Positions 63,541 through 64,000 of a stretch of DNA of 64,000 nucleotides are shown piece after piece. Each line of letters begins with the position of its first letter. The first letter of the stretch is position 1. Origin of the DNA: an uncultured delta proteobacterium. Its GTDB lineage: Bacteria; Desulfobacterota; DSM-4660; Desulfatiglandales; Desulfatiglandaceae. Where the stretch lies: contig CAVPHJ010000002.1 of the NCBI GenBank assembly GCA_963704245.1, positions 30,317 to 94,316 of the forward strand, written 5' to 3'. Both the position numbers and the translations under genes were made by a program. Under the pieces are notes generated by a model. That model was not told the DNA's origin and did no database searches. It saw nothing but the letters and a program-made list of their open reading frames with translations.

Positions 63541-63874
63541 TCACTTGAAAGCCGAGGCGAGCGACGTCTTCACCTTGCCGAACAGCCCCTTTGTCTCCTG
63601 CCAGAATCTTCTCCATCTCACCGGGGTCAAGATGCACGGCTCCGCATTGCTCGTTGATGCAGAGATCGATCTTGATTCCCCGGTAATCCACCTCGGCCAG
63701 GCTGGGAGTGCCGCAGCGGAAGCAGTGGTTGCGATGCTCGTCGCGATATTTCTGGTTGGAAGCATTCGCCGACCTGGCTTTCAGCTCCTCCAGCCGCTTG
63801 CGGTCCTGCTCCTGGAAATAGACGTCCTCCTTGGACAGCTCTTTGGCTCGGATAATGACTCTTTCTTCGCTCAT
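63541..63874 (-). pseudogene. TFIIB-type zinc-ribbon protein, one frameshift as given
   Basis: ...HCFRCGTPSLAEVDYRGIKIDLCINEQCGAVHLDPGEMEKILAGDKG, then the natural-looking end LFGKVKTSLASAFK* lies in the adjacent frame (stop 63541-63543). The switch is in the C4 run at 63586-63589. The span is 334 nt (3n+1). The uncorrected ORF would overlap the next gene. Confidence 0.6.
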
Positions 63875-64000
63875 GGTTTCTCCTCCGGTAGGTGGAATTT
63901 GGCCGAGCGCCTCTTGTGCAATGCGGCGTCCGGTGGTTTCAGCAGAAGCGTGATCAGCAAGGCCCGGGCCTGAAAATCAAGGTTTATTTGAGTCGAAAGG

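Overview
GC-rich 64-kb chromosomal segment that reads as core genome of an anaerobic sulfate/sulfite-respiring, Deltaproteobacteria-type (Thermodesulfobacteriota-like) organism. That placement is an inference from DsrMKJOP, tetrahaem cytochrome c3, CooC and LL-DAP aminotransferase. Layout: (1) 1-8.9 kb, partial pxpC, then a minus-strand block cooC-serC-comB-like-DUF1445 and a 5-gene Liv-type ABC importer. (2) 9-13.3 kb, ZnuA-like binding protein, dodecin, MFS and EamA transporters. (3) 13.4-21.3 kb, purA, mnmG, RND adaptor and RND pump. (4) 21.4-28.9 kb, RsbRD_N gene plus dsrMKJOP plus ferredoxin, then minus-strand cytochrome c3, hypC and a hydrogenase endopeptidase. (5) 29-33 kb, CoA-transferase, mogA-like, EF-G paralog. 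(6) 33.2-48.9 kb, one co-directional array xerC-hslVU-argBDFGH-lipoprotein-lysA-dapF-dapB-dapL-folK-small Zn protein-SLT-pgsA, then tRNA-Gly and tRNA-Cys. (7) 49.3-52.3 kb, hydrolase, nucleotidyltransferase pair, COG1900 gene. (8) 52.5-61.7 kb, kdsA-kdsC-lptCAB-rpoN-hpf-ptsN-EIIA(Man)-rimI-gap-tpiA-secG-tRNA-Leu. (9) 61.8-63.9 kb, DUF2294, HMGL-like lyase, Zn-ribbon protein. I saw no transposase, phage gene, CRISPR array or recognisable defence system, and I cannot point to a convincing novel multi-gene system. The strongest observations are four. First, about two dozen single-nucleotide frame disruptions, 19 of them packed into two patches (14.5-15.8 kb and 17.9-20.45 kb), break purA, mnmG, the RND pump, dsrK, hslU, the COG1900 gene and a Zn-ribbon gene. 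Second, an AT-rich degenerate ATT(T)GG / CCNAAAT repeat element sits in the argG-argH spacer, with related motifs in the argF-argG and adaptor-RND spacers. Third, three metal-centre components (hydrogenase endopeptidase plus HypC, CooC, a lone ZnuA-like binding protein) have no cognate structural genes nearby. Fourth, a nucleotidyltransferase and an overlapping acidic small ORF lie next to the tRNA locus. All protein-family calls come from motif recognition by eye, not database searches.
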